NCBI GenBank assembly: GCA_965248355.1
Contig: OZ252098.1
Location: forward strand, 3,296,001-3,360,000
Direction: 5' to 3'
DNA length: 64,000 nucleotides
DNA from: Candidatus Latescibacterota bacterium
Lineage (GTDB): Bacteria; Latescibacterota; UBA2968; UBA8231
Shown: in pieces, positions 30,704-39,653 of the stretch
How positions within the stretch are numbered: the first letter of the stretch is position 1
How the letters are laid out: every line of letters begins with the position of its first letter
The notes under the pieces: generated by a model
The model's database searches: none
Told to the model about the DNA's origin: nothing
Seen by the model: the letters and a program-made list of their open reading frames with translations, nothing else
Translations under genes and position numbers: made by a program

Positions 30704-31519
30704 CTACTCCACTGGCGGCGGAGGGTCCACCGGGGCGGCGAGCACGGTGAAGCCGTGACGGCGGAAGACCTCCGCCGCCTCTCTCGACCGCAGCCGATTC
30801 ACGAGGTGCCGCACGGCCGGGGAGTCGCGGCCGGCGACCACGGCCGCGGGATAGCGGATCGGCGCGTGCAGACTGTCCGCCAGCTCGGCCGCGACCCGCA
30901 CCCGCCGGCTGACGGCCGCGTCGGTGGCGTAGACGACGCCGGCCTCACACTCGCCCCGCTCGACGTAGAGGAGGGCGGCGCGCACGTCGGGGGCCGGCGC
31001 GAGACGGTGCTCCAGGGCCGGCCACCAGCCGAGCGCCCGCAGCGCCTGGCGGGCGTAGATCCCGGCCGGGACGTGGGCGGGATCGCCCATGGCCAGGCGC
31101 CCGCTCAAGGCCCCGGCCAGATCGAATCCGGGCGCCGGCTGAACCTCGAGGCCGCTCCCCGCCGGCGTGACGACCACCAGGCGGTTGGCGAGCAGGTCGA
31201 AGCGTGTCGCGGCGTCGATGCGCCCCCTTTCCTGCAGGTAGTCCATCCACTGCGGACTGGCGGACAGGTAGAGATCGACGGGGGCGCCGGCGTCGATCTG
31301 CCGCGCCAGGGCCGAGGAGCCGGCGAAGGAAAGCCGCAGCTGCGGGAAGCGGTGGCGCGGGAGGATCTCGGTGAGGACGCTGGTCAGGCTCGCGGCGGCG
31401 AAGAGGCCGAGGGACGTACCGCCCGGAGAGGACTCCTCCGCCCGCGGTCCGGCGGCGGTCAGGTGGAGAGTGGCGGCGACGAGGCAGAGGGCCGGCGGCG
31501 ACCGGCGCGGAACGGTCAC
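30704..31519 (-). CDS. modA: Molybdate ABC transporter substrate-binding protein
   Basis: Signal peptide, FAAASL, SSALARQI, VPAGIYA, VYATDA. Confidence 0.93.
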   Translation of the reverse strand: MTVPRRSPPALCLVAATLHLTAAGPRAEESSPGGTSLGLFAAASLTSVLTEILPRHRFPQLRLSFAGSSALARQIDAGAPVDLYLSASPQWMDYLQERGRIDAATRFDLLANRLVVVTPAGSGLEVQPAPGFDLAGALSGRLAMGDPAHVPAGIYARQALRALGWWPALEHRLAPAPDVRAALLYVERGECEAGVVYATDAAVSRRVRVAAELADSLHAPIRYPAAVVAGRDSPAVRHLVNRLRSREAAEVFRRHGFTVLAAPVDPPPPVE

Positions 31520-31622
31520 GGGTTCTCCGGGCGAGGGGATTCCACGGGCCCGGCAGAGATTGCGGCCCTCGACCGGAAGCGTCAATGGCCGGGGCCACCC
31601 GCCCGCCCTACCTTCCCGCCGC

Positions 31623-32693
31623 ATGGCACCCGGACCACTCGACTCCCTCGACCTCCTCACGCGGATGCTGCAGATCCCCTGCCCTTCCGGCCGCGAGGAG
31701 CGCATGGCGGCCTTCCTGGCAGGGGAGCTGACCGCCCTCGGCGGCGAGCCCCGCCAGGACGGCCAGGGCAATCTCTGGGTCGAAGTCGCCGGCCGCGAGC
31801 CCGGCCCCGGCGTGGCCATCGCCAGTCACACCGACGAGATCGCCATGGTCGTCACCGGGGTGGAGGCCGATGGCACGCTCCGCGTCCAACGCTCCGGCGG
31901 TCTCTACCCGTTCAAGCTCGGCGAGGGGCCGGTGGTCCTGGTTGGCGATGGCCGGGACGTGCCCGCCCACCTGAGCTTCGGCTCCGGCCACACCAGCGAC
32001 CCGGAGGATCCGATGGCCCGGTTCATCCAGGGCCGCCAGGGCATCACCTGGGAGCACTCCCGGCTGATCACGGGGCGGTCCCCGCGGGAGCTGGCCGACC
32101 TCGGGGTCCGGGTGGGGACCTGCGCCGTGCCGGCGGCCGCCCTCCGGGGCCCGCACGTCTTCGGCCCCGAGGAGGCCCCCCTCGTATCGGCCTGGATCTT
32201 CGACAACCGCGGCGGCAGCCTGACGCTGCTGCTGCTGTGGCAGCGGTTGCGCCGGTCCGGCTTCACGCCGAGGCGCACCCTGCACCTGTGCTTCCTCGTG
32301 CAGGAGGAGACGGGACTTCTCGGCGCCAAGGGCTGGGTGCGCCGCAACGAGGTGGAGAGCTTCATCGCCGTCGACTCCACGCCCATGCCGCGGGGCACCT
32401 CTCTCCAGCTCGACGGGAGACCCGCCGCCTGGTCCCGCGACAGCCGGGTCCACTTCCACCAGGGCCTGATCGCCGAGCTGGACGCGGCCGCCGTCCGCGC
32501 CGGCACCGGTCTGCAGTACGCCGTCTACTCGGCCGCCGCATCCGACGCCACCGGCGTGCTCGAGGCCGGCGGCGCCCCCCGCTGCGCCACCATCGGATAC
32601 CCGCGCGAGAACTCCCACGGGTACGAGGTCGTGCGCTGGTCGGTCTTCGACAACCTCGAGCGGACCCTCTTCGAGTACGTCTCGGCCCTCTGA
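31623..32693 (+). CDS. M42-family metallopeptidase
   Basis: SHTDE, FDNR, QEETG, IAVD and NSH metal-ligand motifs. Confidence 0.85.
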   Translation: MAPGPLDSLDLLTRMLQIPCPSGREERMAAFLAGELTALGGEPRQDGQGNLWVEVAGREPGPGVAIASHTDEIAMVVTGVEADGTLRVQRSGGLYPFKLGEGPVVLVGDGRDVPAHLSFGSGHTSDPEDPMARFIQGRQGITWEHSRLITGRSPRELADLGVRVGTCAVPAAALRGPHVFGPEEAPLVSAWIFDNRGGSLTLLLLWQRLRRSGFTPRRTLHLCFLVQEETGLLGAKGWVRRNEVESFIAVDSTPMPRGTSLQLDGRPAAWSRDSRVHFHQGLIAELDAAAVRAGTGLQYAVYSAAASDATGVLEAGGAPRCATIGYPRENSHGYEVVRWSVFDNLERTLFEYVSAL

Positions 32694-32703
32694 GGCCGCC
32701 GCC

Positions 32704-34068
32704 TTGGAGCCCACCGCTCTCGAGGGCCGCCGGCTGGCCCTGCTGGGTCTCGGCGTCGAGAACCGGGCCCTGGGCCGCTGGCTGGCCTCCCGGGGACTCG
32801 GCTTCTGCGTCTGCGACGCCGATCCCGGGCGCCGCCTCGAAGGGGAGCCGTGGAAGGAGGCGGTCCTGGAGTGGCGGCTGGGGCCGGGCTGCTTCGACCG
32901 CCTCGACGACTTCGACCTGCTCTTCCGCTCCCCCGGCATCCCGGTGCGGAGGCCGGAGCTGCAGCGGGCGCGGCGCCTCGGCGGCACCACGCTCAGCAGC
33001 CAGACGGCGCTCTTCCTCGAGCGCTGCCCGGCGCCGGTGATCGGCGTCACCGGGACCAAGGGGAAGGGGACCACGGCCTCCCTCCTGGACTCGATCCTGC
33101 GTCGGACGCCCGGCGTGACCCCCCGCCTGGGGGGCAACATCGGGACTCCGCCCGTCGGTTTCCTCGACGACCTGACCGCCACCGACGTGGTCGTGCTGGA
33201 GCTGTCCAGCTTCCAGTTGCAGGACCTGGATCGAAGCCCTCGCGGGGCCGTGGTCCTCCCCGTGACCCGCGACCACCTCGACTACCACGCCGACCGCCGG
33301 GAGTACGTCGAGGCCAAGGCCGCGATCTGCGCCCACCAGGCCGGCGGCGACTGGGTCGTGTCCAGCGCCGACGACGCCATCGCCGCCGAGCTGGCCTCCA
33401 GGAGCCGGGGACGGGGCCTGGGGTTCCGGGCCGGAGCCCCCCTGGAGGGCGACGGCTGCTGGAGTGAAGGCGGCGAGATCCGCTGGCGGGAGGGTGGCCG
33501 TGCCGAGAAGCTGGCCTCGGTGAGCGATCTCCGACTCCGGGGGCTGCACAACCTTGCAAACGCCTGCGCCGCCGCCGCGGCCTCCCGTCTGTGCGGCGCT
33601 CCCGCGGCTGCCATCGGGCAGGGTCTGAGCGCCTTCGAGGGGCTCCCGCACCGTCTCGAGGAGGTGCGCGAGCGGGGCGGAGTGCTGTTCGTCAACGACT
33701 CACTGGCGACGACGCCGGAGGCGGCGGCGGCGGGCCTGGAGGCCTTCGCCGGCCGCCCGGTGGTCCTCATCGCCGGCGGCGCCTCCAAGGGCGCCTGCTT
33801 CCATGGGCTCGGAGCCGGCATCGCCCGCTCGGCGGCGGCCCTCGTGACGCTGGGAGAGGAGGGCCCCGCCATCGCCGCCGCCGCGCGCGCCGGCGGATTC
33901 GGCGGACCGGTCGCCGGGGACTGCGCGGACATGGCAGCGGCGGTGCAGCGCGCCACGGAGCTGGCGGCGGCCGGCGGCGTCGTGCTGCTGTCGCCGGGGT
34001 GCGCCAGCTTCGGGATGTTCACGGACTACGCGGCCAGGGGAGAAGCCTTCCGATCCGCCGTCGGTTGA
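32704..34068 (+). CDS. murD: UDP-N-acetylmuramoyl-L-alanine--D-glutamate ligase
   Basis: SPGI, TGTKGKGTT, GNIG, ELSSFQL, DHLDYH, LPHRLE, NDSLAT, LSPGCASF. Confidence 0.95.
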   Translation: MEPTALEGRRLALLGLGVENRALGRWLASRGLGFCVCDADPGRRLEGEPWKEAVLEWRLGPGCFDRLDDFDLLFRSPGIPVRRPELQRARRLGGTTLSSQTALFLERCPAPVIGVTGTKGKGTTASLLDSILRRTPGVTPRLGGNIGTPPVGFLDDLTATDVVVLELSSFQLQDLDRSPRGAVVLPVTRDHLDYHADRREYVEAKAAICAHQAGGDWVVSSADDAIAAELASRSRGRGLGFRAGAPLEGDGCWSEGGEIRWREGGRAEKLASVSDLRLRGLHNLANACAAAAASRLCGAPAAAIGQGLSAFEGLPHRLEEVRERGGVLFVNDSLATTPEAAAAGLEAFAGRPVVLIAGGASKGACFHGLGAGIARSAAALVTLGEEGPAIAAAARAGGFGGPVAGDCADMAAAVQRATELAAAGGVVLLSPGCASFGMFTDYAARGEAFRSAVG

Positions 34069-34118
34069 TGCTCCGCCGTCCCCGACTCCCGCGAGGCCGG
34101 CACCGTTGATCTTTTCCC

Positions 34119-34148
34119 TTGACATTGTGCCGGGATCCCGGATAGGTT
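34119..34148 (+). promoter_or_regulatory. Sigma70-type promoter
   Basis: TTGACA (34119-34124), 18-nt spacer, TAGGTT (34143-34148). Confidence 0.7.
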
Positions 34149-34154
34149 GACCCG

Positions 34155-34573
34155 CGTTCCACGGCACTCATCAGCACTCATCGACAAGCACCTGAAGGAG
34201 CTTCCAGAAGCCGGATGATAGTCCGAATCCCACAAGACCTCCTGCGCCCGTCCAGGTCGACGGGCCGGCCCGCGTTTACCGGGACGACCGCCGCGGCCTC
34301 CGCCTCCGGCGACTTCCGGGGCGTATGGGGCCCGGCCGCAGGAGGGATGGGGTTCCACCGGCTCCACGGAAACGAATGCATCCCGATGACCGCCGCCGAC
34401 TCCATGAACGGCACGGTCATCAAGCCCCGTCCGGGGCTTGCAGCGGGAGGAGATCCCGGAGGTTGAATCGCTGAAGCGACAGCGACTCGAGCCGGAGGGA
34501 TCGGATCCCAACGGCTTACTCGAAGCCGGCTGCAGGCCCCCGCAAGGGGATCGCCTGCAGCCGGTTTTTTTTT
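34155..34573 (+). ncRNA. Candidate large structured non-coding RNA (about 420 nt), family not recognised
   Basis: Lies between a promoter and a terminator; nested helices over almost its whole length; no credible ORF. Confidence 0.65.
34526..34573 (+). terminator. Intrinsic terminator
   Basis: 12-bp stem CCGGCTGCAGGC/GCCTGCAGCCGG capped by CCCC-GCAA-GGGG, followed by T9. Confidence 0.9.
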
Positions 34574-34786
34574 GTTGCACCAGGGCGCCGGGCCTCGCGA
34601 TCGGTACGGTACGCGAGGCTCGCGCCGGGAACCCCGTCGACGGACGTGGGTTCGAGGGATCGGCGGCGGTGGCCGAAGCAACGGGCCCACTCACCGCCCG
34701 CCGGTTCCCCCCGCCTGGCGGGTCAACGGCCGCTGGAACAGGAGGCCAGCGTCGTCCCGCCCGAACTCGCGAGAGGAAGGAGACCG

Positions 34787-34969
34787 ATGCACAAGGTCCC
34801 GAGAGAGTGGCTCGAGAGAGCCGCCCGGGTCTACAACAGCAACGCCGAAGCCAGCAAGGCACTGGGCATCGCGGGGGGCACCTTCGGTCGCCTCTGCCGC
34901 CAGTACGGTATCGAGACTCCCTTTGCCCGCCAGCGCAACGCCCGCAGGGCGGCGCGGTCCCGGGCCTAG
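34787..34969 (+). CDS. Small (60 aa) HTH DNA-binding protein, RWP-RK/Fis-like
   Basis: Strong RBS GAGAGGAAGGAG; EASKALGIAGGTFGRLCRQYGI HTH; basic tail. Confidence 0.8.
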   Translation: MHKVPREWLERAARVYNSNAEASKALGIAGGTFGRLCRQYGIETPFARQRNARRAARSRA

Positions 34970-35127
34970 GGCAAGCACACGCCTCCGGCTGCGGCGGGAG
35001 AAGCCGGAGACGGCTGCCCCGGCAGCCACGGAATCCCTTTCACGGCGCCTGCCGGGCCGACGGCACCGGGCCGGCAGGCGCTGCTCCCGCACTCCCCCGT
35101 CCCCCGGCTGCGTACCTTTTCCGGACC

Positions 35128-37383
35128 ATGACGAGCCATCCTCCCCGTCTGATCGAGACCGCACCCCCCGGGGTCCAGGCCAGGATCCTGGCCGCCATGG
35201 GGGGCCAGGAAGCCCTCATACAGGTCCGGGCCGACATGGAGGCCGGGGGAAGGGACTACGGCCGGCGCTGGCTGGCCGCGTCCTCCGACCGCATCGTCGT
35301 CGCCGACGAGCCCTCGGCCAACGGCGCCCAGTCGATCCCCATGGCCGAGGTGACACGGGTGCGCACCGAGCCCCTCGTCGGCGGCGGGCGGCTCGAGATC
35401 GAGCGCCGTTCGGCCCCGACCGTGGCGATCGCCTACACCCAGTCCATGGGGGAGAAGTTCTCCGAGGCGGCCCGGGGGCTGGAGCAACTGCGCACCGGCG
35501 AGCCCTTCCTGGTCAATCCTCGCCTCGAGCGCCTGAGGTGCGAAAAGTGCTCGCGGCTGCTGCCGGAGCGGGACGGCGTCTGTCCCGCCTGTATCCGGAA
35601 GTGGTCCACCCTCAAGCGCATCGCCGGCTACATGTTCCCGTACCGGGGGAAGGCGGTGGTCCTGGCCATCGCCTCCCTGGTCACCGCGGGCGCCGAGCTG
35701 GTCCCGCCCCTGTTGATCATGCGTCTATGGGACGAGGTCCTGCTGCCGGCCATCAACGACGAGGACGGCGCCGCGGATCCGGAGTCCCTGCTGGGGCTGC
35801 TCGGCTTCCTGGTGCTGGCCATGGTGGGGGTCCGGGTGGTGAGCTGGGCCGCGGAATGGGTCCACGGATGGACCGCCGCCTGGCTCGGCGCCCGGGCGAC
35901 GGCCGACATCCGGGGCGAGCTCTACCGCCGGCTGGAGATGTTGTCGCTGCAGTTCTACGACCGGCGCAAGGTGGGGGCCCTCATGGCGCGGGTCACGCGC
36001 GACACGGGACGGCTCCAGGAGTTCCTCGTCGACGGGCTGCCCTACCTGATCGTCAACGCCCTCCTGATGGTCGGCATCCTGGGGTTCCTGTTCTGGATGA
36101 GCTGGGAGCTGACCCTCTACACGCTGATCCCGGTGCCTTTCATGGTCCTCTGGGGCGCCGTGTTCTGGAAGCGCATGCGCCGGTTCTTCCGGCGCTGGGG
36201 GGAGACCTGGTCGAACCTCACCGACCGCACCTCCGAAGCCCTGACCGGGATCCGCGTGGTCAAGGCCTTCGCCCAGGAGAGCCGCGAGATCGGCGCCTTC
36301 ACGCGCCTGAACCGCAAGATCACCCGGATCGGCGTGCGCACGAGCGTGAACCGCACCGTGTTCTTCGCCACCATCTCTCTCCTCACCAGCTTCGGCGTGG
36401 TCATCGTCTGGTTCTTCGGCGGACGGGAGGTGATCTCCGGCGAGCTGACCATGGGTACGCTGGTGGCCTTCTATTCCTACATCTGGATGGTCTACGGCCC
36501 GCTGGAGTGGTTCGGCCAGGTCAACTCCTGGATGTCGCGCGCCTTCGCCGGCGCCGATCGCGTCTTCGAGGTCATCGACACCGCCCCCGAGGCCTACGAC
36601 GACGCCGGGGCGGTGCGCATGCCGGAGATGGAGGGACGGATCCGGTTCACGGAGGTGACCTTCGGCTACGACAAGAGCAAGCCCGTCCTCAAGGGCATCG
36701 ATCTCGACGTGCGCCCCGGGGAGATGATCGGTCTCGTGGGGCGTTCCGGCGTCGGCAAGACGACGACGGTGAACCTCATCGCCCGGTTCTACGACGTCGA
36801 CCACGGCTCGATCGAGATCGACGGCGTCGACATCCGGCGCATCAACCTGCGCGACCTGCGCCGCCGGATCGGCATCGTCCTGCAGGAGCCGGTCCTGTTC
36901 TCGGGCACCATCGGCGAGAACATCGGCTATGGCAAGCCGGGGGCGAAGTTCGAGGAGATCCTGGCGGCGGCCAGGCTCGCCAACGCCCACAACTTCATCG
37001 TCGCCAAGCCCGACGGGTACGAGACCCAGGTGGGAGAGCAGGGCAACAACCTCTCCGGCGGCGAGCGCCAGCGGGTGGCCATCGCCCGGGCCATGCTGCA
37101 CGACCCGAAGATCCTGATCCTCGACGAGGCGACCTCGTCGGTGGACGTGGAGACGGAGAAGCAGATCCAGCAGGCCATCAACCGCATGGTGGAAGGCCGC
37201 ACGACCTTCGCCATCGCCCACCGGCTGTCGACCCTGAGGGACGCGGAGCGGCTCGTCGTCCTCGACGAGGGGCGGATCGTCGAGGTCGGCACCCACGAGG
37301 AGCTGATGAACCGGCGCGGCCGGTTCCACGACCTGGTGGAGATGCAGCAGGAAGCTTCCAGGATCATCGCGATCGCCGAGTGA
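35128..37383 (+). CDS. ABC exporter with N-terminal extra domain and Cys4 motif
   Basis: CEKC..CPAC before the TM domain; GRSGVGKT, LSGGERQR, LDEATS. Confidence 0.95.
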   Translation: MTSHPPRLIETAPPGVQARILAAMGGQEALIQVRADMEAGGRDYGRRWLAASSDRIVVADEPSANGAQSIPMAEVTRVRTEPLVGGGRLEIERRSAPTVAIAYTQSMGEKFSEAARGLEQLRTGEPFLVNPRLERLRCEKCSRLLPERDGVCPACIRKWSTLKRIAGYMFPYRGKAVVLAIASLVTAGAELVPPLLIMRLWDEVLLPAINDEDGAADPESLLGLLGFLVLAMVGVRVVSWAAEWVHGWTAAWLGARATADIRGELYRRLEMLSLQFYDRRKVGALMARVTRDTGRLQEFLVDGLPYLIVNALLMVGILGFLFWMSWELTLYTLIPVPFMVLWGAVFWKRMRRFFRRWGETWSNLTDRTSEALTGIRVVKAFAQESREIGAFTRLNRKITRIGVRTSVNRTVFFATISLLTSFGVVIVWFFGGREVISGELTMGTLVAFYSYIWMVYGPLEWFGQVNSWMSRAFAGADRVFEVIDTAPEAYDDAGAVRMPEMEGRIRFTEVTFGYDKSKPVLKGIDLDVRPGEMIGLVGRSGVGKTTTVNLIARFYDVDHGSIEIDGVDIRRINLRDLRRRIGIVLQEPVLFSGTIGENIGYGKPGAKFEEILAAARLANAHNFIVAKPDGYETQVGEQGNNLSGGERQRVAIARAMLHDPKILILDEATSSVDVETEKQIQQAINRMVEGRTTFAIAHRLSTLRDAERLVVLDEGRIVEVGTHEELMNRRGRFHDLVEMQQEASRIIAIAE

Positions 37384-39653
37384 CCGTGGAGAACGTGAAG
37401 ACGACGATGATGGAGGGAGACACGGGCGGACCCTCTCCCTTCCGGGAACCGGCGCCCGCCGCGGTGGACGAGCGCGTCCGCCTCGCCACCGGGAGGGGTG
37501 AGAGGATCTGGGTCCAGGTGGCCACGGACATGTCCGGTGGCGAGCTCTTCGAGGAGGGCTGGCTGGTGATCACCGACCGCCGGGTGCTCCTGGTGCATGG
37601 CAACGGCTCCGGACCCGCGGCGCCGGAGGTCGAGCAGGTGCCCCTCGGCGAGGTGCGCACGGCCCGCGTCGAGGCCCTGGTCGGCGGCGGGCGGCTGGAG
37701 GTGGAGCGCCGGGAGGGGCCGCCCGCCCACGTCTACTTCTCCAACTCCCTGGCCTCGAAGTTCGCCGAGGTCGCCGAAGGCCTCAAGCAGCTGGCCGAGG
37801 GGGAGACGCCGACCCTGGCCACCTCCGTCGACCGCACCCGCTGCGAGCGCTGCGGCCGGGTGCTGCCCGAGAAGGACGGCCTCTGTCCGGCCTGCGTGAA
37901 GAAGCTGGACACGATGAGGCGGCTGCTCCGCTACATGGCGCCCTACAAGGGGCGGGTGGCCCTGCTGTTGGCGATCCTCGTCCTCGAGACCGGGGTCGAT
38001 CTGCTGCCGCCCAAGATCACTCAGTACATCATCGACGACGTGCTCGTGCCGCAGGACAACTACGGCCTGCTGGTGCAGTACGCCCTGGCGCTGCTGGCCA
38101 TCAACCTCTTCGCCTGGGCCGCCTGGATCGTCCGCCGCTGGGTCGGCACCTGGGTCGGCTTCCGGGCCATCGAGGCGATGCGGGCCGACCTCTACCGGGC
38201 CCTGCAGTTCCTGCCCCTCCGGTTCTACGACAAGCGCAAGGTGGGGTCGCTGATCTCGCGCATGTCGAACGACTCCGACCTGGTGGAGATCTACCTGATC
38301 TTCGACATCCCCTACGTGGCCAACAACGCGCTGATGGTCCTCGGGATCCTCGGAATCCTGCTGTGGACCAGCTGGGAGCTGACCCTGTGGGTGATCCTGC
38401 CGATCCCGCCTATTCTGGCGGTCTCGACGGTGATCTGGAAACGCATGGAGTCGGACTGGCGGCGGTTCTCGGCCAAGTGGTCGCGCCTGTCGTCGCATCT
38501 GAACGAGTCGATCCGCGGCATCCGCGTGGTCAAGGCCTTCGCCCAGGAACGCCGCGAGGGAGAGCGCTTCGACCGCCGCAACACCGACCTGCGGGACGTG
38601 AGCATCACCGCCGAGCGCCGCTGGATCGTGTTCTGGATGATCACCAACTTCTTCATGAGTTCCGGCGTGTTCTTCGTCTGGTACTTCGGCGGACGCCAGG
38701 TGGTCTTCAAGGGGCTCTCCCCCGGCGAGCTGATGGCCTTCATCACCTACATATGGATGCTCTACCAGCCCCTCAAGTGGTTCGGAGACTTCTACGGTTT
38801 CATGATGCGCGCCTACGCCGGAGCCGAGCGCATCTTCGAGGTCGTCGACGCCAGACCCGAGCCCTTCGACGATCCCCGGGCCGAGCCGAGGCCGCACCTC
38901 GAAGGGCGCGTCCACCTGCGCGGCGCCACCTTCGGCTACGATCCCGGAAAGCCCGTGCTGCGCGAGGCCGACCTGGAGGTGGAGCCCGGCGAAATGATCG
39001 GCCTCGTGGGCAAGTCCGGCGCCGGCAAGTCGACCCTGATCCACCTCCTGTGCCGGTTCTACGACGTCACCCGGGGCCGCCTGGAGATCGACGGCGTCGA
39101 CATCCGCCGGCTGCGGCTGGAAGACCTGCGCTCCCAGATCGGACTGGTGGCCCAGCAGTCGTTCCTGTTCAACGGCACGGTGGCCGAGAACATCGCCTAC
39201 GGCAAGCCCGGGGCCTCCTTCGAGGAGGTCCTGCGCGCGGCGAGGGCCGCCAACGCCCACGAGTTCATCATCAAGCTGCCCGACGGCTACGACATGGAGG
39301 TGGGCGAGCAGGGCAACAAGCTCTCCGGCGGCGAGCGGCAGCGCATCGCCATCGCCCGGGCGATCCTGCACGACCCCAGGATCCTGATCCTCGACGAGGC
39401 GACCTCCTCCCTGGACACGCCCACGGAGAAGAAGATCCAGGAGGCGATCGCGCGGCTGGTGGAGGGACGCACCACCTTCGCCATCGCCCACCGGCTGTCG
39501 ACGCTGCGCTCCGCGGACCGGGTGGTCGTGCTCGACGCCGGACGCATCGTCGAGACCGGCACCCACGAGGAGCTGATGCAGCGCGAAGGCTACTTCCACA
39601 AGCTCGTGAAGATCCAGCAGGAGACCACGGCCGTCATGGCCGTGAGCGGATGA
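37380..39653 (+). CDS. ABC exporter with N-terminal extra domain and Cys4 motif (paralog)
   Basis: CERC..CPAC; GKSGAGKS, LSGGERQR; GTGA coupling to the upstream gene (start could be a few codons later). Confidence 0.95.
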   Translation: MTVENVKTTMMEGDTGGPSPFREPAPAAVDERVRLATGRGERIWVQVATDMSGGELFEEGWLVITDRRVLLVHGNGSGPAAPEVEQVPLGEVRTARVEALVGGGRLEVERREGPPAHVYFSNSLASKFAEVAEGLKQLAEGETPTLATSVDRTRCERCGRVLPEKDGLCPACVKKLDTMRRLLRYMAPYKGRVALLLAILVLETGVDLLPPKITQYIIDDVLVPQDNYGLLVQYALALLAINLFAWAAWIVRRWVGTWVGFRAIEAMRADLYRALQFLPLRFYDKRKVGSLISRMSNDSDLVEIYLIFDIPYVANNALMVLGILGILLWTSWELTLWVILPIPPILAVSTVIWKRMESDWRRFSAKWSRLSSHLNESIRGIRVVKAFAQERREGERFDRRNTDLRDVSITAERRWIVFWMITNFFMSSGVFFVWYFGGRQVVFKGLSPGELMAFITYIWMLYQPLKWFGDFYGFMMRAYAGAERIFEVVDARPEPFDDPRAEPRPHLEGRVHLRGATFGYDPGKPVLREADLEVEPGEMIGLVGKSGAGKSTLIHLLCRFYDVTRGRLEIDGVDIRRLRLEDLRSQIGLVAQQSFLFNGTVAENIAYGKPGASFEEVLRAARAANAHEFIIKLPDGYDMEVGEQGNKLSGGERQRIAIARAILHDPRILILDEATSSLDTPTEKKIQEAIARLVEGRTTFAIAHRLSTLRSADRVVVLDAGRIVETGTHEELMQREGYFHKLVKIQQETTAVMAVSG

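Noticed and set aside
34215..34466. 83-aa ORF inside the structured region
   Set aside because: Non-host codons, RBS 14 nt away, no motif; sequence is better explained by base pairing (not fully excluded)
34196..34520. RNase P RNA (GATAGTCCG and CGGCTTA resemble the P4 strands)
   Set aside because: No GAGGAAAGTCC or GGTAAAC motifs, and P4 pairing breaks after five pairs
34489..34573. Group II intron domain V/VI (GAGCCG...CGGCTT)
   Set aside because: Wrong length and bulge geometry, followed by a U-tract terminator; no GTGCG 5' end at the expected place and no maturase
34155..34573. tmRNA, SRP RNA or retron msr-msd
   Set aside because: No tRNA-like ends or tag frame, no SRP helix-8 motif, and no reverse transcriptase in the window
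34438..35127. Long N-terminal extensions of ORFs 34438..37383 and 34572..39653
   Set aside because: They cross a terminator or other genes; real starts are 35128 and about 37380
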